From Eledone cirrhosa (lineage: Eukaryota): a stretch of DNA of 64,000 nucleotides. The stretch spans positions 128,464,001 through 128,528,000 of the forward strand of contig OZ024742.1 of assembly GCA_964016885.1 (NCBI GenBank). The letters run 5' to 3'. Both the position numbers and the translations under genes were made by a program. Under the pieces are notes generated by a model, which worked only from the letters and a program-made list of their open reading frames with translations, did no database searches and was not told the origin of the DNA. Below, piece after piece: positions 24,883 through 37,200 of this stretch; within the stretch, counting starts at the first letter, position 1, and the number at the start of each line of letters is the position of its first letter.

Positions 24883-27391
24883 ATTTTCCTGAAACGCTGC
24901 CTAAAAAACGATGTCATCCCCAACACCATCAAGAACATCCGCTTACCAGTAAGCCTACGTACACCAGCCTTCCAAAACACCACTAACTGCATACATCGCA
25001 CGTGTATTAAACAGATCCTGAGACATCTCAACCGCCAATTACACTTCCATAAGCGGACACTCTCAGAGCGGACACATCGACTGCCAATAGCACCCGGAGA
25101 CTTGCTCCTAAAAATCACTAAAGCAATCGACCAGTGCTACCACTCCAGAGTCCAATACGAGAAAAAACGGCTCAAGCGAAAATATGAGTGGATCTTGTCG
25201 AAACGCCACAACGAGAACATCGACACTAACGAACAGACGGACCAGAACCACGTGGAAAACAACAACTTAACAACCGCCACCGCCGCAACCACCAACACCG
25301 AGCCATACCTCAACGATGCGACGCACCTGGTCACCGACCTAACCGGCACTCTCACGAGCGACGAGCTGAAACTCCTACACCTCGGACCTAAGTTCATCGT
25401 CACACAACGTCTCGACGACAGACTCAAACTCAACATCGAGGCCAACTTTTGTCGAGCCGCTTACCAACTTAAATGGGTGACCGCTATCAACAGCGCCACA
25501 GATAATAACAGCGCCGACACAACCCACCCCAAGTTCCCCACTTACCACCCCGACAACCCACTCCACCCCCCACCCACCAACCACGAACTCGACACTAAAC
25601 TCATCAGGCTAAAACACTCCATCTCGGATATACTTCACAAACACACACACACACGCACAACACATAACCTCACCAAATCTCAACTCAACACTCTCTCCAA
25701 CCTAAAATCGAAGAACCTCATCTATCTCCCCTCCGACAAGGGAAAAGAATTCTGCGTCATCAGCAGAGAGGCCTACAACACCCTGGCCCTCCAACACCTT
25801 GACGATGACAACCTCTACTCCAAGGTCACGGGAATCACTCCCGCGCAGATAGAAGAACACATCAACTCCGCCTGGACCAACATCTGCGACCGGCGGAAGC
25901 TCCCGAAGAAGCTGAGATACAACCTCCTCACAAGGAACAGCAGACTACCCGCCTTCTACCACCTCGTGAAAACACACAAACAGGGACCCGACCTGAAAAT
26001 CAGGCCCATCGTATCGAGCGTGAAGGGACCACTCTACAAAATTTCATGGCTCCTAGCCAGAATACTCAAACCCATCTTAGACACCTTGCCGGGACACGTT
26101 AACAGCTCCGAGGAGGTGTTGAAGCGCCTGCATCAAATGGATCCCGACACCAGAAGGAATAACAGATATGCCTTCAGTCTTGATGTAGTCGCTCTCTACA
26201 CCTCGGTCCCGGCACTCCCGGCCGTCAATATACTAATGGAACGCGTCCAATCCACCGACCTACACTGCTTCGGGCTCACCACCACTGACATCCACCAACT
26301 CCTAACCATCGTCGTCGACAACACCTACTTCGGATTCCTTGACCAAATATACCAACAAACCTCAGGATTGCCCATGGGATCAAGTCTATCAGGTGTGCTA
26401 GCGATCTCCTACATGGACAACCTCGAACGAAAGGCTCTCAACGCCTGCCACCCCAACGCCGTAGCCTTTTTCTCAAGATACGTGGACGATATCCTCATCC
26501 TCACATCTTCCCAAGACACGGCGAACAGAATCTATGAGACGTTCAACAATACGGACAAGAACATTGACTTCAGTGTTGAACACCCCAACGAAGACGGGTC
26601 ACTTGCCCTCCTCGACTTCCGAATCAACATCACGGAACAAGGAGGGATCCACTGCAACTTCTACAGAAAGGCAGCCTGCAGGGACCTATTCGTTCACTAC
26701 AAGTCCGCCCTCCCTAACAGTGCCAAAAGAGGATACATCACGAACGAGATCGCGCGAATCAAAAACAGATGCAGCGATCCCGCGAGTGGTGTCACTCATA
26801 CCAAGCGATTCCTCGAGGTGCTGGAGACGAACAGGTACCCTACCTTGATCACAGACAGAATAGGAGACACCAGACGCAAGAGACAGAGAAGCACCCAAGG
26901 CAAGTGCTTCCTTAAAATGCCACACCTGGGCGAGAAAACCACCAACGCTATCCGCAAAGCTATACGGAGGGAGGGCCTCGACATCCACCTGGCCCACTCG
27001 GGGCCCCTCCCTGCGAAGATGCCTCTCCAGGAAAACGGAAAAATCTACTGACGCATGCTCCCTCAGAGACTGCCCGATACGCCATGCTAACTGTTGCCTA
27101 CGCACATACGTCGTGTATAAGATAGAACGTGACAGGTGCAACCAATACTACATAAGTAGCACAATTCGACCTTTGCACATCCGGATCAAGGAACACATTA
27201 AAACCAGGGCCTCGTCTTTCCGGAAACACATAGACAAATGCGGAAACAAAGACGGAAGGCCCATTGTCACAATTCTAGCGACTGAAAGAAACGTCGGCAC
27301 GTTACGTATCAAGGAAGCGCTTTTTATCAAACGACTGCAACCGCAAATAAACAACCGATTAGAGAGAAGCGAAATGAAATGGCTGGTTTAA
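24883..27391 (+). mobile_element. Near-complete Penelope-like retroelement ORF (RT plus GIY-YIG) with one +1 frameshift at about 27004
   Basis: Frame is open from 24883 (IFLKRCLKNDVIP). RT motifs PSDKG, KTHK..IRPIVS, SLDVVALYTSVP, GLPMGSSLS, RYVDDI, LLDF and YRK. After gggcccctcc the shifted frame gives CSLRDCP..VVYKIE.DRC..YISST.R.L..RIKEH..EALFI..P.IN. Confidence 0.95.
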
Positions 27392-27445
27392 GTTAACAAG
27401 CGATGCAACAACACACAACACACGCACACACGCAAACGAGACAAC

Positions 27446-27476
<31 letters not shown>

Positions 27477-28080
27477 GCATTCCACCATACGAACATACTA
27501 CACTACCAATACAGATGAACAAGGCAACTACACACACACACACACACACTCAAGCGAGACAACAACACACGCACACACACAGTAACATTTAACAAACAGG
27601 CAGAGAATGGACTGACAGCTAGCGCCATCCCACTCCCTCATTCGGCCGCTGACCTCTGTACGACCGACCCCATTTCACGCGCACGCGCGCTCGGCCGAAT
27701 ACATCAGATATTCAAATCAACAAACAGCGAAAGACGCGTTCCGAATTGTCCGACAGACAACCTTTTCCCCCACCCCGGAAAAAACCCCAGTTGATGGATG
27801 TGAATCCGAAATATATAGGGACTATTAAATCTCTCCCAAGGTAACTCTCTCTCTTGTGTTGTTATTATTATTTTTACCCTTTTACTCTTCCCTTCATTCT
27901 ACACATCTCACACATCTTATACACACCACGCATCTCAACGTACACCCACTTACATATCTCTCTCTCCACCACCGGACCTTGTTACCCGGAGATTTACCCA
28001 TTTGCATTGTCAAGGCTTCCAAACGACTTATAAATATTTACTTATTGTTCCACAATGCTTCAAGCAAACTTCAATACTCT
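27392..28080 (+). mobile_element. PLE 3' UTR / pLTR region
   Basis: Follows the GIY-YIG stop. Contains (CA)n, a GC hairpin ttcggccg..cggccgaa, a hammerhead-like motif and a donor-like AAG|GTAACT near 27840. Confidence 0.7.
27785..27820 (+). ncRNA. Minimal hammerhead-like motif in the PLE pLTR, variant core
   Basis: ccc CAGTTGA t [ggat gtga atcc] GAAA tatat a ggg. Stem geometry is correct and stem III is palindromic; the core differs from CUGAUGA at two positions. Confidence 0.55.
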
Positions 28081-28086
28081 CCTATA

Positions 28087-28285
28087 TTTAAATAAGTTTA
28101 AAAGCCTTACAATGCATTGAAAATGAATGGTGCCAAGATAGCAATAGAATTTTACCATAGCAAATTTAATCATTCCAAATATTTGGGGGTTTAAAAACCC
28201 ATTATCAAGAGAGGAATGGAACCGTGTCTTCAAGGATCCGCTCTTTAATTTTCAATGCATTGTAAGGCTTTTAAACTTATCTAAA
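28087..28285. repeat. Inverted repeat (~33-bp perfect arms, ~120-bp spacer); foldback or MITE
   Basis: ataagtttaaaagccttacaatgcattgaaaat and attttcaatgcattgtaaggcttttaaacttat. Confidence 0.85.
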
Positions 28286-30579
28286 TTTATATACATATAA
28301 ATGTGTGTTTGTGTGTGAAAAAAATTGGCTGTGTTCTGATCTGGAGAGGAATAGGCTCAAACAAGTTTTAAATGCCCAACACATTGTATGTAATGATGGC
28401 ACCCCTATGACACCCTCAGGATTTAAGGGTCCATGGCATGACATTGTACATTGCAAATGACACGATGTGTATCATAGATGTTTTGGGTGCTTCCCACTTA
28501 AACATTTTTCAGTTGCCTATGCCACATTGTGTCCTTGAGCATGATACTTTATTTCATGTTGCTCCAATCCACTCAAATGAAAAAAAATGAGTTGTTATAC
28601 TGAATCTTCCTGAGAATTATGTTATGGGTACATAATTTGAAATGGTATTTTAAAGCTGACAGAACCTATCCCTCTTCAGGCTGGAACATAACAGATTTAT
28701 AACATCACATTACAGAAGTAGATAGAGAGATTGGGAGGAGGGGGGCAACAAAGAGATATAGAGGAAGAATTGAACCCAGTACTGGCCTGGTACTTTATTT
28801 TTATTGACCTTGAAAGGATGAAAAGCAAAGTTGACCTTGGCAAAATTTGAACCCAGGCCCCAGAAAGACGGAATGAATACCACAAGACTTTCAATCTGAT
28901 GTTCTAACAACTCTGCCAAATTCACTATTCTTTATGCAAAATATAATAACAATTAAAATAAATATTTCATGTTACTGAAAGATAAGATTCATTGGGGCAG
29001 TATATCCTGTAGTTTGTAAAGCAATATTTCAGCTGCCAACAGTTGACTACCAGCTGCTTGTTATACAATTGACTACTCTTCAAGGACATTTGGAATTGAA
29101 AAATAGTTGCAACCGTTACTGCTACCGATGTGTTTTGTGTGTTACTACTAGCTGGCCTATGATTAACTCTTAATATTTGGTACCACATGAAATCACATCA
29201 GCAAGACATTCTTGAAAAGTACAGACAAGCACTATGATTGCATCACTTTAAAAACAAAATATGATGCAATCACAGTGAAAATTTTGCAACAATTTTTTGT
29301 CTACTAATAAAGATACTATAAACAAACCCATTTTAAGTATTTTCTACTAAATTGTTACAGGATGTTAAGAGTTAATACTGTAAATTTTCACAATGATCTG
29401 TCCACTTGCAAAAATGTTATGAACAATTGAATAAACAAACCTATTTTTAGTATTTTCTACTAAATTGTTACAGAGTGTTAAGGGTTAAAAGTATTTGAAC
29501 TATGGCCATCTGGCAGCTCTCTTGGGCTATGTGTAACTAGGATTACATTATCTAATGTATCCTCCCATTTCAAGCAGTTTGAGGGAGGATTGATACCTAT
29601 TTCTAGTTGGTTACTTGATGATGTAAAGGTTAGCTAATTGTTATTGTCATTTAATCCTTAGTTAACTTTCAATAAACATTCCTACAAACGAAGATAATCC
29701 AGTTATGACCATCCTACCTTTCATTTGAGATATATATTTAGGACTTCATTGTCCAATGTATCTCTCTCTTTGTTTAAGATGGTAGGGAGCAATTTGGGGT
29801 TATGTCAGGCTTCTGCCTGTTATTGGTACCTTGTAACCAAGTACAAGATGATTCATGGTCGAGTGGTCAGTGACTAAACTGGTTGCCCCACCAGACCCTG
29901 GTCTAGTGAGGAGGGTAAGTGGAACCTTCAGCAGCTTAAAAAACAAGAGCTGTTAAAAGGGCAAATGAACTTAAAATCAATGACCATCCACCCCAGTTTA
30001 AATAGCCTCATCAACCTGCAGCTGGCCAAGTGTAGTGAGTATGGCTATACCCCTGACATGACCAATATTGAACAGAATATGGTGGAGATCAACCTGAAAG
30101 GAATTCCTCTAGCAGGAATGTGAAAGCCCTGGATTGGATTAGAGGGAGCAATTTGAGGGTGATTTGTCTGTTATTTGTAGCAGGTTGAGTGACCACATAA
30201 AGGCTCCCTTTATAGGCAGTTGTGTAGATCTAGGTTAGCTCTGACAGAGTAGACCGTTGTTTAGATCCAGCCATGACAACCCAATCTGTATCTTTCAGGA
30301 CTACATTATTCAATGTGTTCTTCCTCATTTTGAAATGGTAGAGAATGATATGAGGGAAATTTGGTAGCTATTTCTAAAGTCAAAGGCCACATAAAGGCCC
30401 TGTTGTTGCCTCATCATCATAGCTATGTAACTTGATTAATGTTGATCATTTGGTAGAACAACATGGAAGCAGTAGAGAGGGCATATAGATGGCTATGGCT
30501 GAAGAGAAGTGACCAGTAGGTTCAGTAGCATATATGTCACTTAAATACAGACTGAGGCTTGATCAACATTGGTTGGGTC

Positions 30580-30735
30580 AACTGGATGAGGTTGTATGTT
30601 GTAAGACCCTCTAAAACACCCAGTGATTTCAGGATACAACAGCGATGATATGTTCCATAGTTGAGTCACCTGGATGAGGGTGACTATGTTGTAAGACCTG
30701 AAACACCTAGTGACTCCAGGATACAACACTGATTA
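30580..30735. repeat. Two-copy diverged direct repeat (period about 89 bp)
   Basis: ctggatgagg..tatgttgtaagacc..aaacacc.agtga.t.caggatacaaca occurs twice. Confidence 0.7.
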
Positions 30736-31032
30736 TTTATCCAAATTTTTGAATTCATGGACATGTGAAGATCAATAAGACATTAAAAACAAACTCATTT
30801 TTGTTTTAGAGAGAGATTTTATTTATGTTTAAAAAAACATAATACATTTTAATTAAATTTTATTGAGACACTTTATTTTGCAAAACCATAGAAATTTGTC
30901 ATGAAACCAACTTTGAAAAACACTGTAGAACATAAGCACCAAAACTTCAGAGGTTTTCTAATAAGTCATTAGTTTAACTATTTTGATACCAAACCCGTTG
31001 AAAGTTTTTTTATATTTATCTAAAAATCTTGA

Positions 31033-31230
31033 GGAGGCTTTTGGCATAGTGGTAAGTTGGAATTACGATCATAATGTCAGGATTCAATTCCTGGACTGGG
31101 TTCTGTGTTGTGTTCTTGAGCAAAACACTTCATTTCATGTTGCTCCAGTATACACAGCTGAAAATAAGTACCAACAATAACTAGGGTTTTAACACTGTGA
31201 TGGACTGGTCTCCTGCCCAGGGAGGGGGGA
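31033..31230 (+). mobile_element. tRNA-derived SINE (family B-related) whose body runs into the satellite
   Basis: ggaggc start, A-box tggcatagtgg (31042), B-box ggattcaattcc (31080), then gtgttgtgttcttgagcaaaacacttcatttcatgttgctccagt..cagctgaaaataagtacc and the first monomer. Confidence 0.85.
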
Positions 31231-34200
31231 TGTATTACCAATAACTAGGGTTTTAACACTGCGATGGACTGGTCTCCTGCCCAAGGGGGTGGTGGTCTAT
31301 TACCAATAACTAGGGTTTTAACACTGTGATGGACTGGTCTCCTAACCAGGGGATCTATTACCAATAACTAGGGTTTTAACGCTGCGATGGACTGGTCTCC
31401 TGCCCGGGGGGAGGGGGTCTATTACCAATAACTAGGGTTTTAACACTGTGATGGACGGGTCTCCTGCCCAGGGGATCTATTACCAATAACTAGGGTTTTA
31501 ACGCTGCGATGGACTGGTCTCCTGCCCGGGGGGAGGGGGTCTATTACCAATAACTAGGGTTTTAACACTGTGATGCACTGGTCTCCTGCCCAGGTGGGTC
31601 TATTACCAATATCTAGGGTTTTAACGCTGCGATGGACTGGTCTCCTGCCCGGGGGGGGGGGGGGGGGCTATTACCAATAACTAGGGTTTTAACACTGTGA
31701 TGGACGGGTCTCCTGCCCAGGGGGGTCTATTACCAATATCTAGGGTTTTAACACTGCGATGGACTGGTCTCCTGCCCAGGGGGGGGGGGTCTATTACGAA
31801 TAACTAGGGTTTTAACACTGCAATGGACTGGTCTCCTGCCCAGGGGGGGGGGTCTATTACCAATAACTAGGGTTTTAACACTGCGATGGACTGGTCTGCT
31901 GCCCAGGGGGGGGGGGGGTCTATTACCAATAACTAGGGTTTTAACACTGCAATGGACTGGTCTCCTGCCCAGGGGGGGGGGGGTCTATTACCAATAACTA
32001 GGGTTTTAACACTGCAATGGACTGGTCTCCTGCCCAGGGGGGGGGGGGGGTCTATTACCAATAACTAGGGTTTTAACACTGCGATGGACTGGTCTGCTGC
32101 CCAGGGGAGTCTATTACCAATAACTAGGGTTTTAACACTGCGATGGACTGGTCTGCTGCCCAGGGGAGTCTATTAGCAATAACTAGGGTTTTAACACTGC
32201 GATGGACTGGTCTCCTGCCCAGGGGGGGAGTCTATTACCAATAACTAGGGTTTTAACACTGCGATGGACTGGTCTCCTGCCCAGGGGGGGGGGGTCTATT
32301 GCCAATAACTAGGGTTTTAACACTGCGATGGACTGGTCTCCTGCCCAGGGGGGGGGGTCTATTGCCAATAACTAGGGTTTTAACACTGCGATGGACTGGT
32401 CTCCTGCCCAGGGGAGTCTATTACCAATAACTAGGGTTTTAACACTGCGATGGACCGGTCTCCTGCCCAGGGGAGTCTATTACCAATAACTAGGGTTTTA
32501 ACACTGCAATGGACTGGTCTCCTGCCCAGGGGGGGGGGGGTCTATTGCCAATAACTAGGGTTTTAACACTGCGATGGACTGGTCTCCTGCCCAGGGGGGG
32601 GGTCTATTGCCAATAACTAGGGTTTTAACACTGCGATGGACTGGTCTCCTGCCCAGGGGAGTCTATTACCAATAACTAGGGTTTTAACACTGCAATGGAC
32701 TGGTCTCCTGCCCAGGGGAGTCTATTATCAATAACTAGGGTTTTAACACTGCAATGGACTGGTCTCCTGCCCAGGGGGGGGGAGTCTATTACCAATAACT
32801 AGGGTTTTAACACTGCGATGGACTGGTCTCCTGCCCAGGGGAGTCTATTATCAATAACTAGGGTTTTAACACTGCAATGGACTGGTCTCCTGCACAGGGG
32901 GGGAGTCTATTACCAATAACTAGGGTTTTAACACTGCGATGGACTGGTCTCCTGCCCAGGGGGGTCTATTGCCAATAACTAGGGTTTTAACACTGCGATG
33001 GACTGGTCTCCTGCCCTGGGGGGTCTATTACCAATAACTAGGGTTTTAACACTGCGATGGACTGGTCTCCTGCCCTGGGGGGTCTATTACCAATAACTAG
33101 GGTTTTAACACTGCAATGGACTGGTCTCCTACCCAGGGTGGGAGTCTATTACCAATAACTAGGGTTTTAACACTGCGATGGACTGGTCTCCTGCCCAGGT
33201 GAGTCTATTACCAATAACTAGGGTTTTAACACTGCGATAGACTGGTCTCCTGCCCAGGGGAGTCTATTACCAATAACTAGGGTTTTAACACTGCGATGGA
33301 CTGGTCTCCTGCCCAGGGGAGTCTATTACCAATAACTAGGGTTTTAACACTGCGATGGACTGCTCTGCTGCCCAGGGGGGGGGGGAGTCTATTACCAATA
33401 ACTAGGGTTTTAACACTGCGATGGACTGGTCTCCTGTCCAGGGGGGTCTATTATCAATAACTAGGGTTTTAACACTGCGATGGACTGGTCTCCTGCCCAG
33501 GGGAGTCTATTACCAATAACTAGGGTTTTAACACTGCGATGGACTGGTCTGCTGCCCAGGGGGGTCTATTACCAATAACTAGGGTTTTAACAATGCAATG
33601 GACAGGTCTCCTGCCCAGGGGAGTCTATTACCAATAACTAGGGTTTTAACACTGCGATGGACTGATCTCCTGCCCAGGGGAGTCTATTACCAATAACTAG
33701 GGTTTTAACACTGCGATGGACTGATCTCCTGCCCAGGGGAGTCTATTACCAATAACTAGGGTTTTAACACTGCGATGGACTGATCTCCTGCCCAGGGGAG
33801 TCTATTACCAATAACTAGGGTTTTAACACTGCGATGGACTGGTCTCCTGCCCAGGGGAGTCTATTACCAATAACTAGGGTTTTAACACTGCGATGGACTG
33901 GTCTCCTGCCCAGGGGAGTCTATTACCAATAACTAGGGTTTTAACACTGCGATGGACTGGTCTCCTGCCCAGGGGAGTCTATTACCAATAACTAGGGTTT
34001 TAACACTGCGATGGACTGGTCTCCTGCCCAGGGGAGTCTATTACCAATAACTAGGGTTTTAACACTGCGATGGACTGGTCTCCTGCCCAGGGGAGTCTAT
34101 TACCAATAACTAGGGTTTTAACACTGCGATGGACTGGTCTCCTGCCCAGGGGAGTCTATTACCAATAACTAGGGTTTTAACACTGCGATGGACTGGTCTC

Positions 34201-37200
34201 CTGCCCAAGGGGGTGGGGTCTATTACCAATAACTAGGGTTTTAACACTGCGATGGACTTGTCTCCTGCCCAGGTGAGTCTATTACCAAAAAGTAGGGTTT
34301 TAACACTGCGATGGACTGGTCTGCTGCCCAGGGGGGGGGAATCTATTACCAATAACTAGGGTTTTAACACTGCGATGGACTGGTCTCCTGCCCAGGGGGG
34401 GGGGGGGGTCTATAACCAATAACTAGGGTTTTAACACTGCGATGGACTGGTCTCCTGCCCAGGGGAGTCTATTACCAATAACTAGGGTTTTAACACTGCG
34501 ATGGACTGGTCTCCTGCCCAGGGGGGGGGGGGTCTATTACCAATAACTAGGGTTTTAACACTGCGATGGACTGGTCTCCTGCCTAGGGGAGTCTATTACC
34601 AATAACTAGGGTTTTAACACTGCGATGGACTGGTCTCCTGCCCAAGGGGGTGGGGTCTATTACCAATAACTAGGGTTTTAACACTGCGATGGACTGGTCT
34701 GCTGCCCAGGGGGGGGGAATCTATTACCAATAACTAGGGTTTTAACACTGCGATGGACTGGTCTCCTGCCCAGGGGGGGGGGTCTATTACCAATAACTAG
34801 GGTTTTAACACTGCGATGGACTGGTCTCCTGCCCAGGGGAGTCTATTACCAATAACTAGGGTTTTAACACTGCGATGGACTGGTCTCCTGCCCAGGGGGG
34901 GGGGGGTCTATTACCAATAACTAGGGTTTTAACACTGCGATGGACTGGTCTCCTGCCTAGGGGAGTCTATTACCAATAACTAGGGTTTTAACACTGCGAT
35001 GGACTGGTCTCCTGCCCAAGGGGGTGGGGTCTATTACCAATAACTAGGGTTTTAACACTGCGATGGACTGGTCTGCTGCCCAGGGGGGGGGAATCTATTA
35101 CCAATAACTAGGGTTTTAACACTGCGATGGACTGGTCTCCTGCCCAGGGGGGTCTATTGCCAATAACTAGGGTTTTAACACTGCGATGGACTGGTCTCCT
35201 GCCCTGGGGGGTCTATTACCAATAACTAGGGTTTTAACACTGCAATGGACTGGTCTCCTGCCCAGGGGGGTCTATTACCAATAACTAGGGTTTTAACACT
35301 GCAATGGACTGGTCTCCTGCCCAGGGGGGTCTATTACCAATAACTAGGGTTTTAACACTGCAATGGACTGGTCTCCTGCCCAGGGGGGTCTATTACCAAT
35401 AACTAGGGTTTTAACACTGCAATGGACTGGTCTCCTGCCCAGGGGGGTCTATTACCAATAACTAGGGTTTTAACACTGCAATGGACTGGTCTCCTGCCCA
35501 GGGGGGTCTATTACTAAAAACTAGGGTTTTAACACTGCGATGGACTGGTCTGCTGCCCAGGGGGGGGTCTATTACCAATAACTAGGGTTTTAACACTGCG
35601 ATGGACTGGTCTCCTGCCCAGGGGGGTCTATTGCCAATAACTAGGGTTTTAACACTGCGATGGACTGGTCTGCTGCCCAGGGGGGGGGGGGGTCTATTAC
35701 CAATAACTAGGGTTTTAACACTGCGATGGACTGGTCTCCTGCCCAGGGGGGTCTATTGCCAATAACTAGGGTTTTAACACTGCGATGGACTGGTCTCCTG
35801 CCCTGGGGGGTCTATTACCAATAACTAGGGTTTTAACACTGCAATGGACTGGTCTCCTGCCCAGGGGGGTCTATTACCAATAACTAGGGTTTTAACACTG
35901 CGATGGACTGGTCTACTGCCCAGGGGGGGGGAGTCTATTACCAATAACTAGGGTTTTAACACTGCGATGGATTGGTCTCCTGCCCAGGGGAGTCTATTAG
36001 CAATAACTAGGGTTTTAACACTGCGATGGACTGGTCTCCTGCCCAAGGGGGTGGGGTCTATTACCAATAGCTAGGGTTTTAACACTACGATGGACTTGTC
36101 TCCTGCCCAGGTGAGTCTATTACCAATAACTAGGGTTTTAACACTGCGATGGACTGGTCTGCTGCCCAGGGGGGGGGGAGTCTATTACCAATAACTAGGG
36201 TTTTAACACTGCGATGGACTGGTCTCCTGCCCAGTGGGGTCTATTATCAATAACTAGGGTTTTAACACTGCGATGGACTGGTCTCCTGCCCAGGGGAGTC
36301 TATTACCAATAACTAGGGTTTTAACACTGCGATGGACTGGTCTCCTGCCCAGGGGAGTCTATTACCAATAACTAGGGTTTTAACACTGTGATGGACTGGT
36401 CTCCTACCCAGGGTGGGAGTCTATTACCAATAACTAGGGTTTTAACACTGCGATGGACTGGTCTCCTGCCCAGGGGAGTCTATTACCAATAACTAGGGTT
36501 TTAACACTGCGATGGACTGGTCTCCTACCCAGGGTGGGAGTCTATTACCAATAACTAGGGTTTTAACACTGCGATGGACTGGTCTCCTGCCCAGGGGAGT
36601 CTATTACCAATAACTAGGGTTTTAACACTGCGATGGACTGGTCTCCTGCCCAGGGGAGTCTATTACCAATAACTAGGGTTTTAACACTGTGATGGACTGG
36701 TCTCCTACCCAGGGTGGGAGTCTATTACCAATAACTAGGGTTTTAACACTGCGATGGACTGGTCTCCTACCCAGGGTGGGAGTCTATTACCAATAACTAG
36801 GGTTTTAACACTGCGATGGACTGGTCTCCTGCCCAGGGGAGTCTATTACCAATAACTAGGGTTTTAACACTGTGATGGACTGGTCTCCTACCCAGGGTGG
36901 GAGTCTATTACCAATAACTAGGGTTTTAACACTGCGATGGACTGGTCTCCTACCCAGGGTGGGAGTCTATTACCAATAACTAGGGTTTTAACACTGCGAT
37001 GGACTGGTCTCCTGCCCAGGGTGGGAGTCTATTACCAATAACTATGGTTTTAACACTGCGATAGACTGGTCTCCTGCCCAGGGGGTCTATTACCACTAAC
37101 TAGGGTTTTAACACTGCGATGGGCTGGTCTCCTGCCCAGGGGGGGGGCGTCTATTACCAATAACTAGGGTTTTAACAATGTGATGGACTGGTCTCCTGCC

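Noticed and set aside
31180-31192. Telomere-like TAGGGTTTT in each monomer
   Set aside because: Single imperfect motif per unit and no (TTAGGG)n tract.
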